Shown: positions 11,601-20,911, counted from the first letter of the stretch. The stretch is DNA of 35,254 nt from Candidatus Cloacimonadota bacterium (GCA_029564175.1 JAKQQL010000350.1:1-35254), one strand, 5' to 3'. Translations and numbers: made by a program. The notes: a model not told the origin generated them from the letters alone.

Positions 11601-12563
11601 CTTTCCTTTAATTACAAAAAGCATTCCGATTGAAAAAGCAAATCCGAAAATAACCGGAAGCAGCAGAACAAAAAGAAGACGCTTTTCTTTTATTACTGCG
11701 AAAACAATAAACAGAATTATAATTAGCGCGATAGAAACAGTGAAGAAAATATCTTTTTGAATTTGAGATGCGTTATCTGCTGAAACTACAGGAACTCCAT
11801 AATAATCAATACTTATCTTACCATCATACTTTTTTACTATTTTAGATATTTCAATATCAAGCAATTTGAAAAAAGCTAGATTATCAGATGTCATATTTGA
11901 TGGAAATGCCGGATTGATAAAAATAAGCAGATTCCTGTCATCTTTAGTCAGGATATAATTACTGTAGAGATGATAATTATCATCAATCTGAAGTGTCTGC
12001 ATCTGGCGTAATGCCTGAAAAGAAATACCAAGCGGATCTTTCAGCATATATTCCTTCAAGACAATGCTGCCGGGACTCATAAGAAATTTATAATTACGCG
12101 CAATCGATTTATCGATGCCATCACGATCTAACCGAGTTTCTAGATTTTTATAATCATCTTCAGTCATGAATAAAGGAAGATTGTTATAAAATACAGAATG
12201 TATCTGAGAAAGATTTTCTTCAGAAACAGTATCTTTGATGGTTTTGACATATTTAGGTTGAAACTTCTCACGAAGAATCCCTGTAAATTCACCAGATGAA
12301 TTTACAAGCATATCAGGATCCGCAATATTTCCCTCATTGATACTTACAGATATGATTATCTTTTCCACCAATGGACTGTTCTGCAGAAAAGAACTTACCT
12401 TTTCAAAGTTTGAGCTTTTAGGAAAAAAAGAATATATATTTTCTTCAAAACGCAACTTCGTCACTGATAAAGAAGATATTAGCAAAAGCAGAAGAAGAAA
12501 TACAACAAAAAGCTTCCGGCGTTTGGAAAAAAATTGATATATTGCAAAAAATAATTCAGACAT
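8691..12563 (-). CDS. Tri-domain fusion: MMPL/RND-type exporter (aa ~1-820), PlsC-type acyltransferase (aa ~825-1045; HX4D NHQSMLD, FPEGTRS) and class I SAM-dependent methyltransferase (aa ~1075-1290; VDIGCGYG)
   Basis: Single uninterrupted 1290-aa ORF. The N-terminal part has two blocks of 5-6 TM helices with large loops (MMPL topology). The PlsC catalytic motifs and the methyltransferase motif I lie downstream in the same frame. Confidence 0.8.
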   Translation of the reverse strand: MSELFFAIYQFFSKRRKLFVVFLLLLLLISSLSVTKLRFEENIYSFFPKSSNFEKVSSFLQNSPLVEKIIISVSINEGNIADPDMLVNSSGEFTGILREKFQPKYVKTIKDTVSEENLSQIHSVFYNNLPLFMTEDDYKNLETRLDRDGIDKSIARNYKFLMSPGSIVLKEYMLKDPLGISFQALRQMQTLQIDDNYHLYSNYILTKDDRNLLIFINPAFPSNMTSDNLAFFKLLDIEISKIVKKYDGKISIDYYGVPVVSADNASQIQKDIFFTVSIALIIILFIVFAVIKEKRLLFVLLLPVIFGFAFSIGMLFVIKGKISLISLGIGSALLGIMIDYAIHVSTHFRSMHPERSKFKETVFPVVMCCATNVSGFLCLYLVKSDMLKDLSLFAVFNMIGAAFFSLIIVPHFYRYKDLKEHKEYRYRSNKYIKWLFSHDFEKSKLLILAVIAITIVCSFFITKVKFEDDLIKLNYTSEKVASVEKKFAMFDKIKQKSVMLITESSNLDSALAKNELIYNAIKPLQNNGSVEKIISISPLLNSGSEQDKKIERWKKFWTPERILSVKRNIESSSLEYSFKPGVFSEFYALLEKDFSRISEKDFKTLKDAVFPDLVTENNGQIRVVTMIKAERNSMDKFYSLYEKDRNTFSDVIVADKQYLTNKFIDMIKAEFNSLSIIDSVLIFTILLIFLGRFELAAISFIPIALSWVWILGLMGMTGIKFNIFNIIISSIIFGLGVDYSIIMIQGLIHQYRFGGHGLESSRESIFFSALTNITGMGVLFFAKHPALKSIAVISSIGILSVYIISNIIPPLLFKFIVKRKHSIRPLKISVIINSSIIYFLFVLGCMNLAFSGMLMQLLPLGKKRRQRIFSLMIMYSCRFLSRYSIIFPLYSNFKVENVHNETFKKPGVIIANHQSMLDIIFILSLSPKIIVLTKEWVWKSHIMGLVVRLAGYFPATAGIENYIDDLKERVKDGYSILVFPEGTRSGNASVGRFRKGAFLLADKLNLDIIPLIIHGTGDIIRKNTLAIYSGSALIKINKRISFNNSDAAPGYSEKSKSIRRIISDEFVKIRKEREVPKYFSEFLVDKYIYKDPILEWYMRIKLKIEKNYEFLNSIIPDNASIVDIGCGYGFLSYMLALASNDRIISGIDYDSEKINVAKNITIPDLNVSFESADAVSYQFPESDVFIMSDMLHYMPSDVQVNLIVKCMSKLNKDGMIIIRDANKDLSGRHFYTRVSEIFSTRLKFNKTKYKNMFFISRSLIKETASANNFSFEIYDKSIKTSNEIYILKKQ

Positions 12564-12610
12564 TATTTTCTCCCCAAATAATTAACAATAAATTGAATCT
12601 AAATAAACAT

Positions 12611-13822
12611 TTAATACTTATAATGTCTATATATCTTAAGCGGAATATAGCAAAGAATACCACCGGCAACAGCTACAGCAGATCCGAACACCAAACTCCC
12701 GATAACATACTGAAAAAGATGATCCTTTACAAAACTGAATGAAAAAGCTGAGGAATATGTAATCTCAGAATCACCGCAATTTAGAAGCAGAGTACCGGTC
12801 TTATAACTGAGAAATATTATCAAAGGAATAAACGGAGGAATACTGATATGAGCTGATGCTATAACTATAAATTTATTAAGTTTTAAAAATGAAGCAACTG
12901 CTATTGCAATGATAAGCTGGTAACCCCATACTGGAGCTATCCCCATAAATAAACCGAAGGCCACAGAGGAAACAATCTTAAGAGTAGGTTCATCTTTAAG
13001 AAATATATTTTTTTTTACATATTTTTTGATATTTGACGGCGTCAGACTTAAAATGAAATTCCTGGGTTTAATATATAAAAAAGCCCAAATGACAAATACA
13101 GTATTAAGAACACTTATTCTTGAGAAATCTTTAAACGGCCTGAAATGAGAAACTCTTTCCTCTTTATCCTGATAAACAACATGAATAGGTGCTGAAAAAA
13201 CATTAATTTTATTCCATGCAGCTCTGACAAGAACTTCAATTTCGAACTCAAACTTTCGTGTAAAATAACTTTTTTTTCCGACATGCTCAAGCGGATAAAG
13301 CCTGTAACCGGACTGAGTATCAGGCAGTGCAAAACCCGTTTCTAGTTTGAACCAGAAATTTGAAAATTTATTTCCGAAACTACTTTTTTTTGGAATATGA
13401 GACTGTTCCATATTTCTTGAACCGATAATAATTGATCCCGGTTCTGAAGATATCTTTTCGAGAAATACATGCAGATCAGAAGGAAGATGCTGACCGTCAG
13501 AATCTATTGTAATAGCATAGCTGTATTTTTTAGTATAAGCATAACGGAAAGCTTTTCGAAGCGCAGCCCCCTTTCCTCCATTTTTTTCAATTTGTATTAC
13601 CTGACATATTTTTTCATATTTTTTAAGAATCTTTTTCGTGGCATCAGTTGATCCGTCATTAACAACAATTATACGGTCAGTATAATTTAAAAGATCATCA
13701 ATCAAAGCGGACAAAGTTGAACAATTATTATATGTAGGAATAATTATACAGCAATTTAACCTTATAAACTCTGATCTAACTTTAGCCTTTGTCATTATTT
13801 TATTTTTTTTTGCGGATATCAT
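12611..13822 (-). CDS. Family 2 glycosyltransferase with C-terminal membrane (DUF2062-like) domain
   Basis: 403 aa. CIIIPTYNN...VVNDGSTD...DSDGQH motifs of GT2. C-terminal 150 aa are hydrophobic. Confidence 0.8.
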   Translation of the reverse strand: MISAKKNKIMTKAKVRSEFIRLNCCIIIPTYNNCSTLSALIDDLLNYTDRIIVVNDGSTDATKKILKKYEKICQVIQIEKNGGKGAALRKAFRYAYTKKYSYAITIDSDGQHLPSDLHVFLEKISSEPGSIIIGSRNMEQSHIPKKSSFGNKFSNFWFKLETGFALPDTQSGYRLYPLEHVGKKSYFTRKFEFEIEVLVRAAWNKINVFSAPIHVVYQDKEERVSHFRPFKDFSRISVLNTVFVIWAFLYIKPRNFILSLTPSNIKKYVKKNIFLKDEPTLKIVSSVAFGLFMGIAPVWGYQLIIAIAVASFLKLNKFIVIASAHISIPPFIPLIIFLSYKTGTLLLNCGDSEITYSSAFSFSFVKDHLFQYVIGSLVFGSAVAVAGGILCYIPLKIYRHYKY

Positions 13823-14181
13823 GAAAACTTCCCTTTAAACTTCATAAAAGTTTTTTCACCGTTAAGCAGAGACGATTTTACTTCATAATAATTGTTATCA
13901 TTAATTTTCACCGACAAATCAACTGTAAGCCTAGAATCAACAGTCGGATCCACTACCGAAAGATATTTAATATTTTCGCCTTCAACCATCATTCGTTTTT
14001 CGTTTGTAACTTTTTCAAGGACAGATCCAATTACAGCAATCATCAAAACACCAGGAAGAATCGGTTTATCCGGAAAATGACCCTTAAAAACATCATGTTT
14101 CTCATTAATAATAATTTCAGATATATATTTGCCTTCCGATGTCATTTCTATTTTCAATATGTTAAATACTTTATCATTCAT
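13819..14181 (-). CDS. FabA/FabZ-like hotdog dehydratase (APE-type DH subunit)
   Basis: 120 aa. HFPDKPILPGVLMIA matches the FabZ active-site region (His, then PG). 4-nt overlap with GT gene. Confidence 0.7.
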   Translation of the reverse strand: MNDKVFNILKIEMTSEGKYISEIIINEKHDVFKGHFPDKPILPGVLMIAVIGSVLEKVTNEKRMMVEGENIKYLSVVDPTVDSRLTVDLSVKINDNNYYEVKSSLLNGEKTFMKFKGKFS

Positions 14182-14887
14182 TATCGCCTACATTCTCCAA
14201 TTGAATAAATTCCATTTTAAGATCTATATTATAATGAGTAATAATTATTCTCTGCAAAACGTTTTTATCTGAATACAAATAATCCAATTTTACATTCTTA
14301 TAAGAACTTGATGAATTTTCAATACTTACCAGACGATCATTTTCATCTGTAAAATAGTAGTTAAAATCATTGCCCGTTTTATATTTATAAACTTTTCTCT
14401 TCGATAACAGATCAATAAATATTTCTGCAAAAGATGAATCATTATCTTCCATCAGCATTAATCGAAGATTTTTCTGAAGTGTCTTCATCACCATCTTTCT
14501 TTTTACAAAGTCAAGAGATCCATGATCTGTAAAAACACCATGATCAAGTTCAAAATCAAAAACTCCCATTCCGACTTCTGTGACGAAAACAATCCGATAA
14601 TGCGAATCACCCAGATTCTTAATAAACATAATCCCGCTAAAATGCCTTCCGTAAACATCAATACCGGTTTTAAAAAGAATCTTGTCTTTCTCCATACTGT
14701 TAAGTTTAAATTTTTTTAATTCAAACTTAACAGATCCTGCAGGTTTAAGGTCTCCGTACTGGGCAGTGGCACATCCGGAAAATATCAGCAGAAAACTACA
14801 TACCGGGATTAAAAATGCTGTCCGGAATATTTTTGTTAAATTCCCTATTTCTAAATACAATGTTCGTATAGTCGCCTGATTTTTCAT
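14174..14887 (-). CDS. Lipoprotein of unknown function (DUF3261-like partner of LolA-like protein)
   Basis: 237 aa. Lipobox LIFSGC after a hydrophobic leader. Its 5' end overlaps the upstream LolA-like gene by 92 nt, so the start is uncertain or a frameshift is present. Confidence 0.5.
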   Translation of the reverse strand: MKNQATIRTLYLEIGNLTKIFRTAFLIPVCSFLLIFSGCATAQYGDLKPAGSVKFELKKFKLNSMEKDKILFKTGIDVYGRHFSGIMFIKNLGDSHYRIVFVTEVGMGVFDFELDHGVFTDHGSLDFVKRKMVMKTLQKNLRLMLMEDNDSSFAEIFIDLLSKRKVYKYKTGNDFNYYFTDENDRLVSIENSSSSYKNVKLDYLYSDKNVLQRIIITHYNIDLKMEFIQLENVGDNE

Positions 14888-15446
14888 ATATATTCATTTC
14901 CGTTACTGCTAAATATTTATCATCAAAATATATTTCAATCCGTGTTACATATTTTAAAAGGTCATTTGACTTCGGTGAAAGCTTTACGAGATATTTATTC
15001 TGTAATTTGAAGAACGAAACAGAAAAATTAGGATTTTCCGTTATTACGCCTTTCATGCTTGATAATATTGTTCCGTTTATTTCCTGAAATATTCTATTCG
15101 CCTTTGCGTCGAATTGAGTTGTTTTTCCATCATCATTTATAAATACTTTTGATCCGTTATAGATTATAATATATTTGTACGGTTTTTGATATTCCCATCG
15201 TATCATATTGTCTTTCTTAAAATAGAAAACACCGCTTGATTTAATCTTTTCTGAAAGAACACTTATATTTTTCACCTGAACAAATGAGCTGTGAATACTT
15301 GTTGTATTTCGGGCGACCGCAGAAAGTTTGGCGCTGATTTCCGTTTTTTCAGAATCTGAAAGCTGACGCATATCTGCAGCTGAAAGTGTAGCTGCACATA
15401 ATATCGCAACAATAAATGCAAACTTAAACATAAGGTTTCCTCTCAA
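14796..15446 (-). CDS. LolA-like outer-membrane lipoprotein carrier family protein
   Basis: 216 aa with signal peptide (MFKFAFIVAILCAATLSAA) and LolA-like length and β-rich composition. An alternative start at 15431 (MFKFAF) would give an 8-nt ATGTTTAA overlap with the upstream gene. Confidence 0.7.
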   Translation of the reverse strand: MRGNLMFKFAFIVAILCAATLSAADMRQLSDSEKTEISAKLSAVARNTTSIHSSFVQVKNISVLSEKIKSSGVFYFKKDNMIRWEYQKPYKYIIIYNGSKVFINDDGKTTQFDAKANRIFQEINGTILSSMKGVITENPNFSVSFFKLQNKYLVKLSPKSNDLLKYVTRIEIYFDDKYLAVTEMNIYEKSGDYTNIVFRNREFNKNIPDSIFNPGM

Positions 15447-16197
15447 TTAAAATATTCAGCGGTTCGATAGAGAATCCCTCATTTCGAACAGCATTTATCA
15501 GTTCAGGTAGAATTGAAATCATCTTTTGATTATAATCGTGAAAATTTAATATTGACCCATTATCAATCTTTCTTAAAATTCTATCAATCATCTTTTTCTG
15601 ATCTTTAATAATTGTATCATAGGTTCTGAATGACCACCCGATCACAGTATAATCCATTTTTTTTAAAGCCCGCGACAAAGAGGGATTTGTAACGCCGTAT
15701 GGCGGTCTGAAAAAAAGAGGCTTATTGCCGGTTATCTCCTTAATTATTTTATCAGTTTCATTCAATTCATTGACCATCATTTTCGATGTAAAAAAATCAA
15801 ACCAGTATGAATGCGACCATGTATGATTTCCGATAATATGCCCTTCAGCAACTATTCTTTCAGCAATAACCTTATTCGACTTAATTGATTTTCCTGTACA
15901 GAAAAATGCCGCCTTAACCTTATGCGAAGCGAGAATATCTAACATTTCAGGTGTATATTCCCTTAAAGGTCCGTCATCAAAAGTTAAAGAAATCTGTTTT
16001 TTTTTCTGATTGCCTGAGCAGATAGCAGGAATATAGAATTGTGACGAAATATTAAACGAAAAAAAAGCAAGTAATGAAATATATATAATTACGCAAGCAA
16101 TAGGAATAATTAAACTGATATAATTATGATAATATAATACAATCGATGTGACTTCCACAATATTAAACAATGCGAGTGATATATAATATTTAATCAT
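15424..16197 (-). CDS. Polysaccharide deacetylase (CE4 / NodB-homology)
   Basis: 257 aa. N-terminal TM, then TFDDGP...H..SH NodB motifs. Confidence 0.8.
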   Translation of the reverse strand: MIKYYISLALFNIVEVTSIVLYYHNYISLIIPIACVIIYISLLAFFSFNISSQFYIPAICSGNQKKKQISLTFDDGPLREYTPEMLDILASHKVKAAFFCTGKSIKSNKVIAERIVAEGHIIGNHTWSHSYWFDFFTSKMMVNELNETDKIIKEITGNKPLFFRPPYGVTNPSLSRALKKMDYTVIGWSFRTYDTIIKDQKKMIDRILRKIDNGSILNFHDYNQKMISILPELINAVRNEGFSIEPLNILIERKPYV

Positions 16198-17200
16198 TTT
16201 CTACAGTCACAAAAGAATAATATTTATTATTAAATTTATTTATTAACACAATTTTTGATACAGTAGTTGAATTACCAGCATCAAATGAAATATTTTTCAA
16301 TCCATTTTTCAGCAGCATGCATGCAAAATACAATGCATATGATGTCGATGTAAAATATTCACCGCAGTACTTCTTAAACAAAATCACTCCGCAATCGGCG
16401 AAAATTTTTGAAACAGGAATCACTTCGTCTATCTCTCCACCGAACAGTACAAGATCAGTTTTATCTTTAATTGATTTGTTGTCATTATAATAATTTTCTA
16501 TTACATCAAGAATATTTTCATCTGAATTATTATAAATCATTTTAACAGATGAAATTTTTCCATAACGCATATTTTTCTTTTCACCAGATAAAAGAAAAAA
16601 AGCCGCCCCTTCACCATATGGAAATTTGTTTTTATTAAGATTTAAATTGAACGCGATTTCGAAATTTTCAAGAATATCCGCAAGTTTATCTGTAAGTTCA
16701 TCAACAGAACCTGCAAGGAATTTTAAGCCGGGTTTTTCATCAATCTGCATCATTGCATCCATTAAAGCAGATTCAAATGAAAATCCTCTACTTGAAAAAG
16801 TTGAATTATAGCCATGGCATTTTAGGGCAATAGCGATCTGGGATGATATTGAATTATGTGTTGATGAAATGAACGCACTCGGAGAAGGAAGCTCTTCATG
16901 ACCTTCAATTACTGAATTTAAAAACTTCTCGGTATCTTCAATACAGCCGATTGCAGTTCCCGTTATAATACCGTCAGGAATATCAACAGATGCATCATTA
17001 AGCGCCATCTTTGCTGAAGCGAGACCCATTTTGATGATCCTTGACAATCTGCGGGATATTTTAGGGTCAATATAATCTTTATACTGCGGTTCGACCGGAT
17101 GAAGAATACGGGAATCATTGATTGCCTTATTGTTCTGAAAATCATTATCAAAAGGTGACCCCGCAGATATATTCCCTAAACCGGATATGTACATATTCAT
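16190..17200 (-). CDS. β-ketoacyl synthase-like protein (KS N-terminal-domain fold, probably non-canonical or inactive)
   Basis: 336 aa thiolase-fold-like sequence (ISGLGNISA...) lacking the C-terminal His-His KS motifs. 8-nt overlap downstream. Confidence 0.6.
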   Translation of the reverse strand: MNMYISGLGNISAGSPFDNDFQNNKAINDSRILHPVEPQYKDYIDPKISRRLSRIIKMGLASAKMALNDASVDIPDGIITGTAIGCIEDTEKFLNSVIEGHEELPSPSAFISSTHNSISSQIAIALKCHGYNSTFSSRGFSFESALMDAMMQIDEKPGLKFLAGSVDELTDKLADILENFEIAFNLNLNKNKFPYGEGAAFFLLSGEKKNMRYGKISSVKMIYNNSDENILDVIENYYNDNKSIKDKTDLVLFGGEIDEVIPVSKIFADCGVILFKKYCGEYFTSTSYALYFACMLLKNGLKNISFDAGNSTTVSKIVLINKFNNKYYSFVTVEND

Positions 17201-17205
17201 AATTT

Positions 17206-18405
17206 CTACTCAACCTTTGAAAAAATAATACTGCTGTTATTTCCGCCGAAACCGAATGAATTGGACATTATATTACGAAGATTATCTTTTTTCATTATTG
17301 CCGAGACTGGAGCAGTGGAAAGCTCTTTCATCCTAGTTGCAAAATTTATATTCGGGTATATAGTATTTGTTTTTAAACTAAGAGCGGAAATAACAGCTTC
17401 AACAGCTCCTGCAGCACCTAAAGTGTGACCGGTATAAGATTTTGTTGAACTGTAAAATGGAATTGCTCCGGAAAAAACTTCTTCAATAGCAAGACCTTCA
17501 GATAAATCATTATTAGACGTTCCGGTACCGTGAAGATTGATATAATCAATTTCTGACGGATCAAGTAAAGCGCTATTCAAAGCAGATCTCATCGCAAGCT
17601 TTGGTCCGATTCCCTCTTCAGACATCGCAGTCTGATGGAAAGCGTCACAGCTGTTTCCGAATCCTTTTATCTCGCATATGACATCATTCATATGCGATGA
17701 AGCAGATCTTTCAGATTCTATAAAAAGAAATGCAGCACCTTCGCCGAGATTAAGCCCGTTTCTGTTTTCATCAAAAGGTGAACATAATTTTGAATCAAGA
17801 ATCTTCAGGGAATTAAAACCGTTAAGTGTAAATTTTGCTAGAGAATCAACACCGCCTGCGACTGCGGCGTCAATTATACCGGATTTTATCAACATTGATG
17901 CATGTATAATTGAATTTGCAGATGAAGAACATGCCGTACTGACAGTTGAAAGATAACCTTTGATACCTAATTTATCAGCGATAAACTCAGTCGAAAATCC
18001 GCAATCATGCTGTTTGAGATCGCTTATGTCAGCATCAATCCCTGCATAAACCGACTGAAAATATTTTTCACTTAGATCCATGCCGCCGACTGTACTGCCG
18101 GAAACAATTCCCAAACGGCTGGAATTATAATTTTCTATCATCTCACCTGCAGCTTCTCTCGCCGCAGCAAGCGCTAACAAATATGTTCGAGAATAGTTTT
18201 TAATCGGCAGTGAGAGATTATCACATAAATCCTTATTGGACAATTTCACTTCCCCGACAGGAAATAAATCCTTCAGCCGTGAATCAAGATACTGCATACC
18301 GGATATGCCGCTTTTCTGAGCAGCAAGCGATGAAAGTGTTTCTGAAGCGGAATTCCCCGCCGCACAAACAATTCCGATCCCGGTTACGAATATCCGATGA
18401 CTCAT
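17206..18405 (-). CDS. β-ketoacyl-ACP synthase (KS, ApeR-like)
   Basis: 399 aa. Active-site Cys in TACSSS, His in HGTGT and the C-terminal NSFGFGGNN motif. Confidence 0.85.
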   Translation of the reverse strand: MSHRIFVTGIGIVCAAGNSASETLSSLAAQKSGISGMQYLDSRLKDLFPVGEVKLSNKDLCDNLSLPIKNYSRTYLLALAAAREAAGEMIENYNSSRLGIVSGSTVGGMDLSEKYFQSVYAGIDADISDLKQHDCGFSTEFIADKLGIKGYLSTVSTACSSSANSIIHASMLIKSGIIDAAVAGGVDSLAKFTLNGFNSLKILDSKLCSPFDENRNGLNLGEGAAFLFIESERSASSHMNDVICEIKGFGNSCDAFHQTAMSEEGIGPKLAMRSALNSALLDPSEIDYINLHGTGTSNNDLSEGLAIEEVFSGAIPFYSSTKSYTGHTLGAAGAVEAVISALSLKTNTIYPNINFATRMKELSTAPVSAIMKKDNLRNIMSNSFGFGGNNSSIIFSKVE

Positions 18406-18410
18406 AATTA

Positions 18411-18680
18411 TTATTTCCTTTTCAACATGATAAAATCAGCCATCGATTTTACAGATTGCAGAATCGCTTTACCGTCATCAGCATCAGTCATCTTTATTCC
18501 GTATTTCTTTTCTAGAATCAGAATAAGTTCAAGAGCATCGATTGAATCTAGACCAAGTCCTTCCGGACCGAACAATGGACCTTCAGTTTCAATATCGTCT
18601 ATACTAAGATCCTCAAAATTCAGTTGTTCAATAATTTCCTTTTTCAGCTTTACGATCAGTTCGTCCATATATCCTCGCAT
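18411..18680 (-). CDS. Acyl carrier protein
   Basis: 89 aa with phosphopantetheine attachment motif LGLDSIDALEL. Confidence 0.85.
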   Translation of the reverse strand: MRGYMDELIVKLKKEIIEQLNFEDLSIDDIETEGPLFGPEGLGLDSIDALELILILEKKYGIKMTDADDGKAILQSVKSMADFIMLKRK

Positions 18681-18728
18681 TTTATCAATAAACTTATTTT
18701 TTCTTTATCAGCTATTTAAATATATTTT

Positions 18729-19382
18729 TCAGAGATGCTGCAAATCAAGTATTTTTAAAATATTGGCAGAATTAAAAATCTTTTTGCCTGCAGGCTGATC
18801 TCCTTTTTCAACAAAAAACAGATCTGTAGCAAAGTCCTCAAGAAACAGATCGCACCAGCCGCAAAGACATGCGTCAATTTTTGAGGTTATCATAAGAAAT
18901 TGAACAATTTCTGAAATAAATTTCCAATCACATTGATCATTTATAAAAACCGTATTTTCTCCTTTGAAATTATGGCGTATGCATATTTCACCTGCCATCA
19001 AATTCGGCAGAGTGTATACAAAAATTCCGGGGCTAGGATAATAATTTTCATTTGAAATTGATTCGAAATATCTGCAATCCGTATCCAGCGATGAATTGGA
19101 ACACATTAGAATAAGTCCGATTTTATCTGATTCATATCTTTTTTTAATATCAAGCCCGCCAAGTGCAAGTTCTGCTGCAATAAAAGCGAGCTTTGACAAA
19201 TTATCCATTTTGAAGAATTTCGGATATTTTATTGACTCATATTGATAGATACTCCTTATCCCTGATGAAAAATCTCCGACAAAAGGACGTTGTTTTTCAT
19301 TTACAACTACGCTATTTTTATTTATTGAACAATGAGATGTTATGAATATTTCAGACATGTTTTTTAAATATAACTCCAGCAT
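18729..19382 (-). CDS. KS-associated chain-length-factor-like protein (ApeC-like)
   Basis: 217 aa, KS N-terminal-like without catalytic Cys and immediately downstream of a KS. An alternative start at 19358 (MSEIF) would give an 8-nt ATGTCTGA overlap with the KS stop. Confidence 0.5.
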   Translation of the reverse strand: MLELYLKNMSEIFITSHCSINKNSVVVNEKQRPFVGDFSSGIRSIYQYESIKYPKFFKMDNLSKLAFIAAELALGGLDIKKRYESDKIGLILMCSNSSLDTDCRYFESISNENYYPSPGIFVYTLPNLMAGEICIRHNFKGENTVFINDQCDWKFISEIVQFLMITSKIDACLCGWCDLFLEDFATDLFFVEKGDQPAGKKIFNSANILKILDLQHL

Positions 19383-20526
19383 TGCATCCGCCGAAACCTG
19401 AACCGGTTTTTAAACAAATGTTATTCATCCTCTTCTCTGTCTTTTCAGATATTAATATTGATCCGGAAACTCCGTGTTTTTTAAATCCGCCGGAAGGCAT
19501 AATTATATTATTTTTCATCGCATGAATTGAAAGAACTGATTCAACTATTCCAGCAGCGCCGACAGTGTGTCCGAAAAAACCTTTCAGGCTGAAAACCGGT
19601 ACATTATTCAAACCGGCAAGTACAAATGCTTTTGATTCCATTTCGTCATTATAAACTGTGCCGGTTCCATGAGATGACAGCGAATCAATTTCATCAGCAG
19701 ATATATCGGCTTCAGTCATAGCTGATTTTATCGCATAATTTAATCCGCTCCCGTCTCTGGATGGCCCTGAAATATGGTTAGCATCATTACTCGACGCAGC
19801 GCCTGCGATCATAATTGGATGATCACCTAATGGATCAGCAGTCAATATGATTGTTGCACATGCTTCGCCCAAACTTAAACCATCTCTGTTTTCATCAAAA
19901 GGTCTGCAGGGTTCAGGGCTAAGCGCTTTAAAAGCGCTGAAGCCAGAAACAATAAAATCTGATACAATATCCCCTCCTGACACTATTGCATTTTTGTACT
20001 GACCGCTTGCAATAAGAAATCTCGCGGTTATTATCGCCGATAGTCCGGAGATACACGCATTTGATATAACTACTGGACGGTTTGGATTTTTAAAATAGCC
20101 GCTTATAAATTCTGCCATTTCATAAAGTTTTATCCGGCCTTTACCAATTTTATACGGATCATTGGAATCAAGATTATCAATATTGCCTTTTGCAGAAGAA
20201 ATCACAAAAACAGTCCCTGAATCTTTGGGATCAATAGAGGATTCGGAAAGAGCTGTACTGATAGAAAGAATAAAATACTTTTCAAGCTTTGAATAAATTC
20301 CGTCAGAAAATTTGTCAGAATCTGAATAAATGTTTTTGATCATCGAAACAGAAATCTTTTCATTCATGAATTCATCAGATTTTATGGAAGTTTCTCCTGC
20401 AAGAATTGACAGAAAATTATCCTCAACTGTTGCGCCGAGTCCGGTAAGAACACTGTAGTTTTCCGTAAAAACGTCAATCATTGTAACGGCTTCCCGGAAA
20501 ACCCCATGTGACTTTCCATTTTTCAA
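19351..20526 (-). CDS. β-ketoacyl-ACP synthase (KS, ApeO-like)
   Basis: 391 aa. Cys in NACISG, HGTGT and GFGG motifs. An alternative start at 20481 (MIDVF) would give an 8-nt ATGATTGA overlap with the upstream thioesterase stop. Confidence 0.8.
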   Translation of the reverse strand: MKNGKSHGVFREAVTMIDVFTENYSVLTGLGATVEDNFLSILAGETSIKSDEFMNEKISVSMIKNIYSDSDKFSDGIYSKLEKYFILSISTALSESSIDPKDSGTVFVISSAKGNIDNLDSNDPYKIGKGRIKLYEMAEFISGYFKNPNRPVVISNACISGLSAIITARFLIASGQYKNAIVSGGDIVSDFIVSGFSAFKALSPEPCRPFDENRDGLSLGEACATIILTADPLGDHPIMIAGAASSNDANHISGPSRDGSGLNYAIKSAMTEADISADEIDSLSSHGTGTVYNDEMESKAFVLAGLNNVPVFSLKGFFGHTVGAAGIVESVLSIHAMKNNIIMPSGGFKKHGVSGSILISEKTEKRMNNICLKTGSGFGGCNAGVIFKKHV

Positions 20527-20911
20527 AAAACTCTGGATGAGTTAATATCAGATTGCCTTTAATATCAGTAAATACCTGAATTGTTCTTCCGCTGGCGCAC
20601 AATAATTCTGATTTCTTATCAAAGATCTTATAATTAAATATCAGCTTTGCTGATTCGGAATATTCATATTCAGTTTCAATTACAGCTGTATCACCGAATC
20701 TAAGAGAACGCTTGTAATCACAGTATATTTTTACGATAGGAGCTAATATACTGTTATTAAAGTAATCCATATACGAGATGTTATATTGAAGTCCGAAAGC
20801 TTCTCTGCCATCTTCAAAATATTTTATATAATTACCGTGCCACACAACTCCCATCGGATCATTTTCGCTGAAACGTACCGGAATTTCTATGCGATTTATA
20901 AGTTTATTCAT
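20474..20911 (-). CDS. Hotdog-fold acyl-CoA/ACP thioesterase (4HBT / YbgC-like)
   Basis: 145 aa. DPMGVVWHGNYIKYFEDGR resembles the 4HBT catalytic region. Confidence 0.75.
   Translation of the reverse strand: MNKLINRIEIPVRFSENDPMGVVWHGNYIKYFEDGREAFGLQYNISYMDYFNNSILAPIVKIYCDYKRSLRFGDTAVIETEYEYSESAKLIFNYKIFDKKSELLCASGRTIQVFTDIKGNLILTHPEFFEKWKVTWGFPGSRYND

Noticed and set aside
18397-18798. 133-aa plus-strand ORF
   Set aside because: It is antisense to the ACP and KS genes and Ser-rich with low complexity. The same applies to other plus-strand ORFs inside cluster genes (6894..7118, 9522..9731, 10390..10653, 11079..11396, 30517..30909, 30987..31241, among others).
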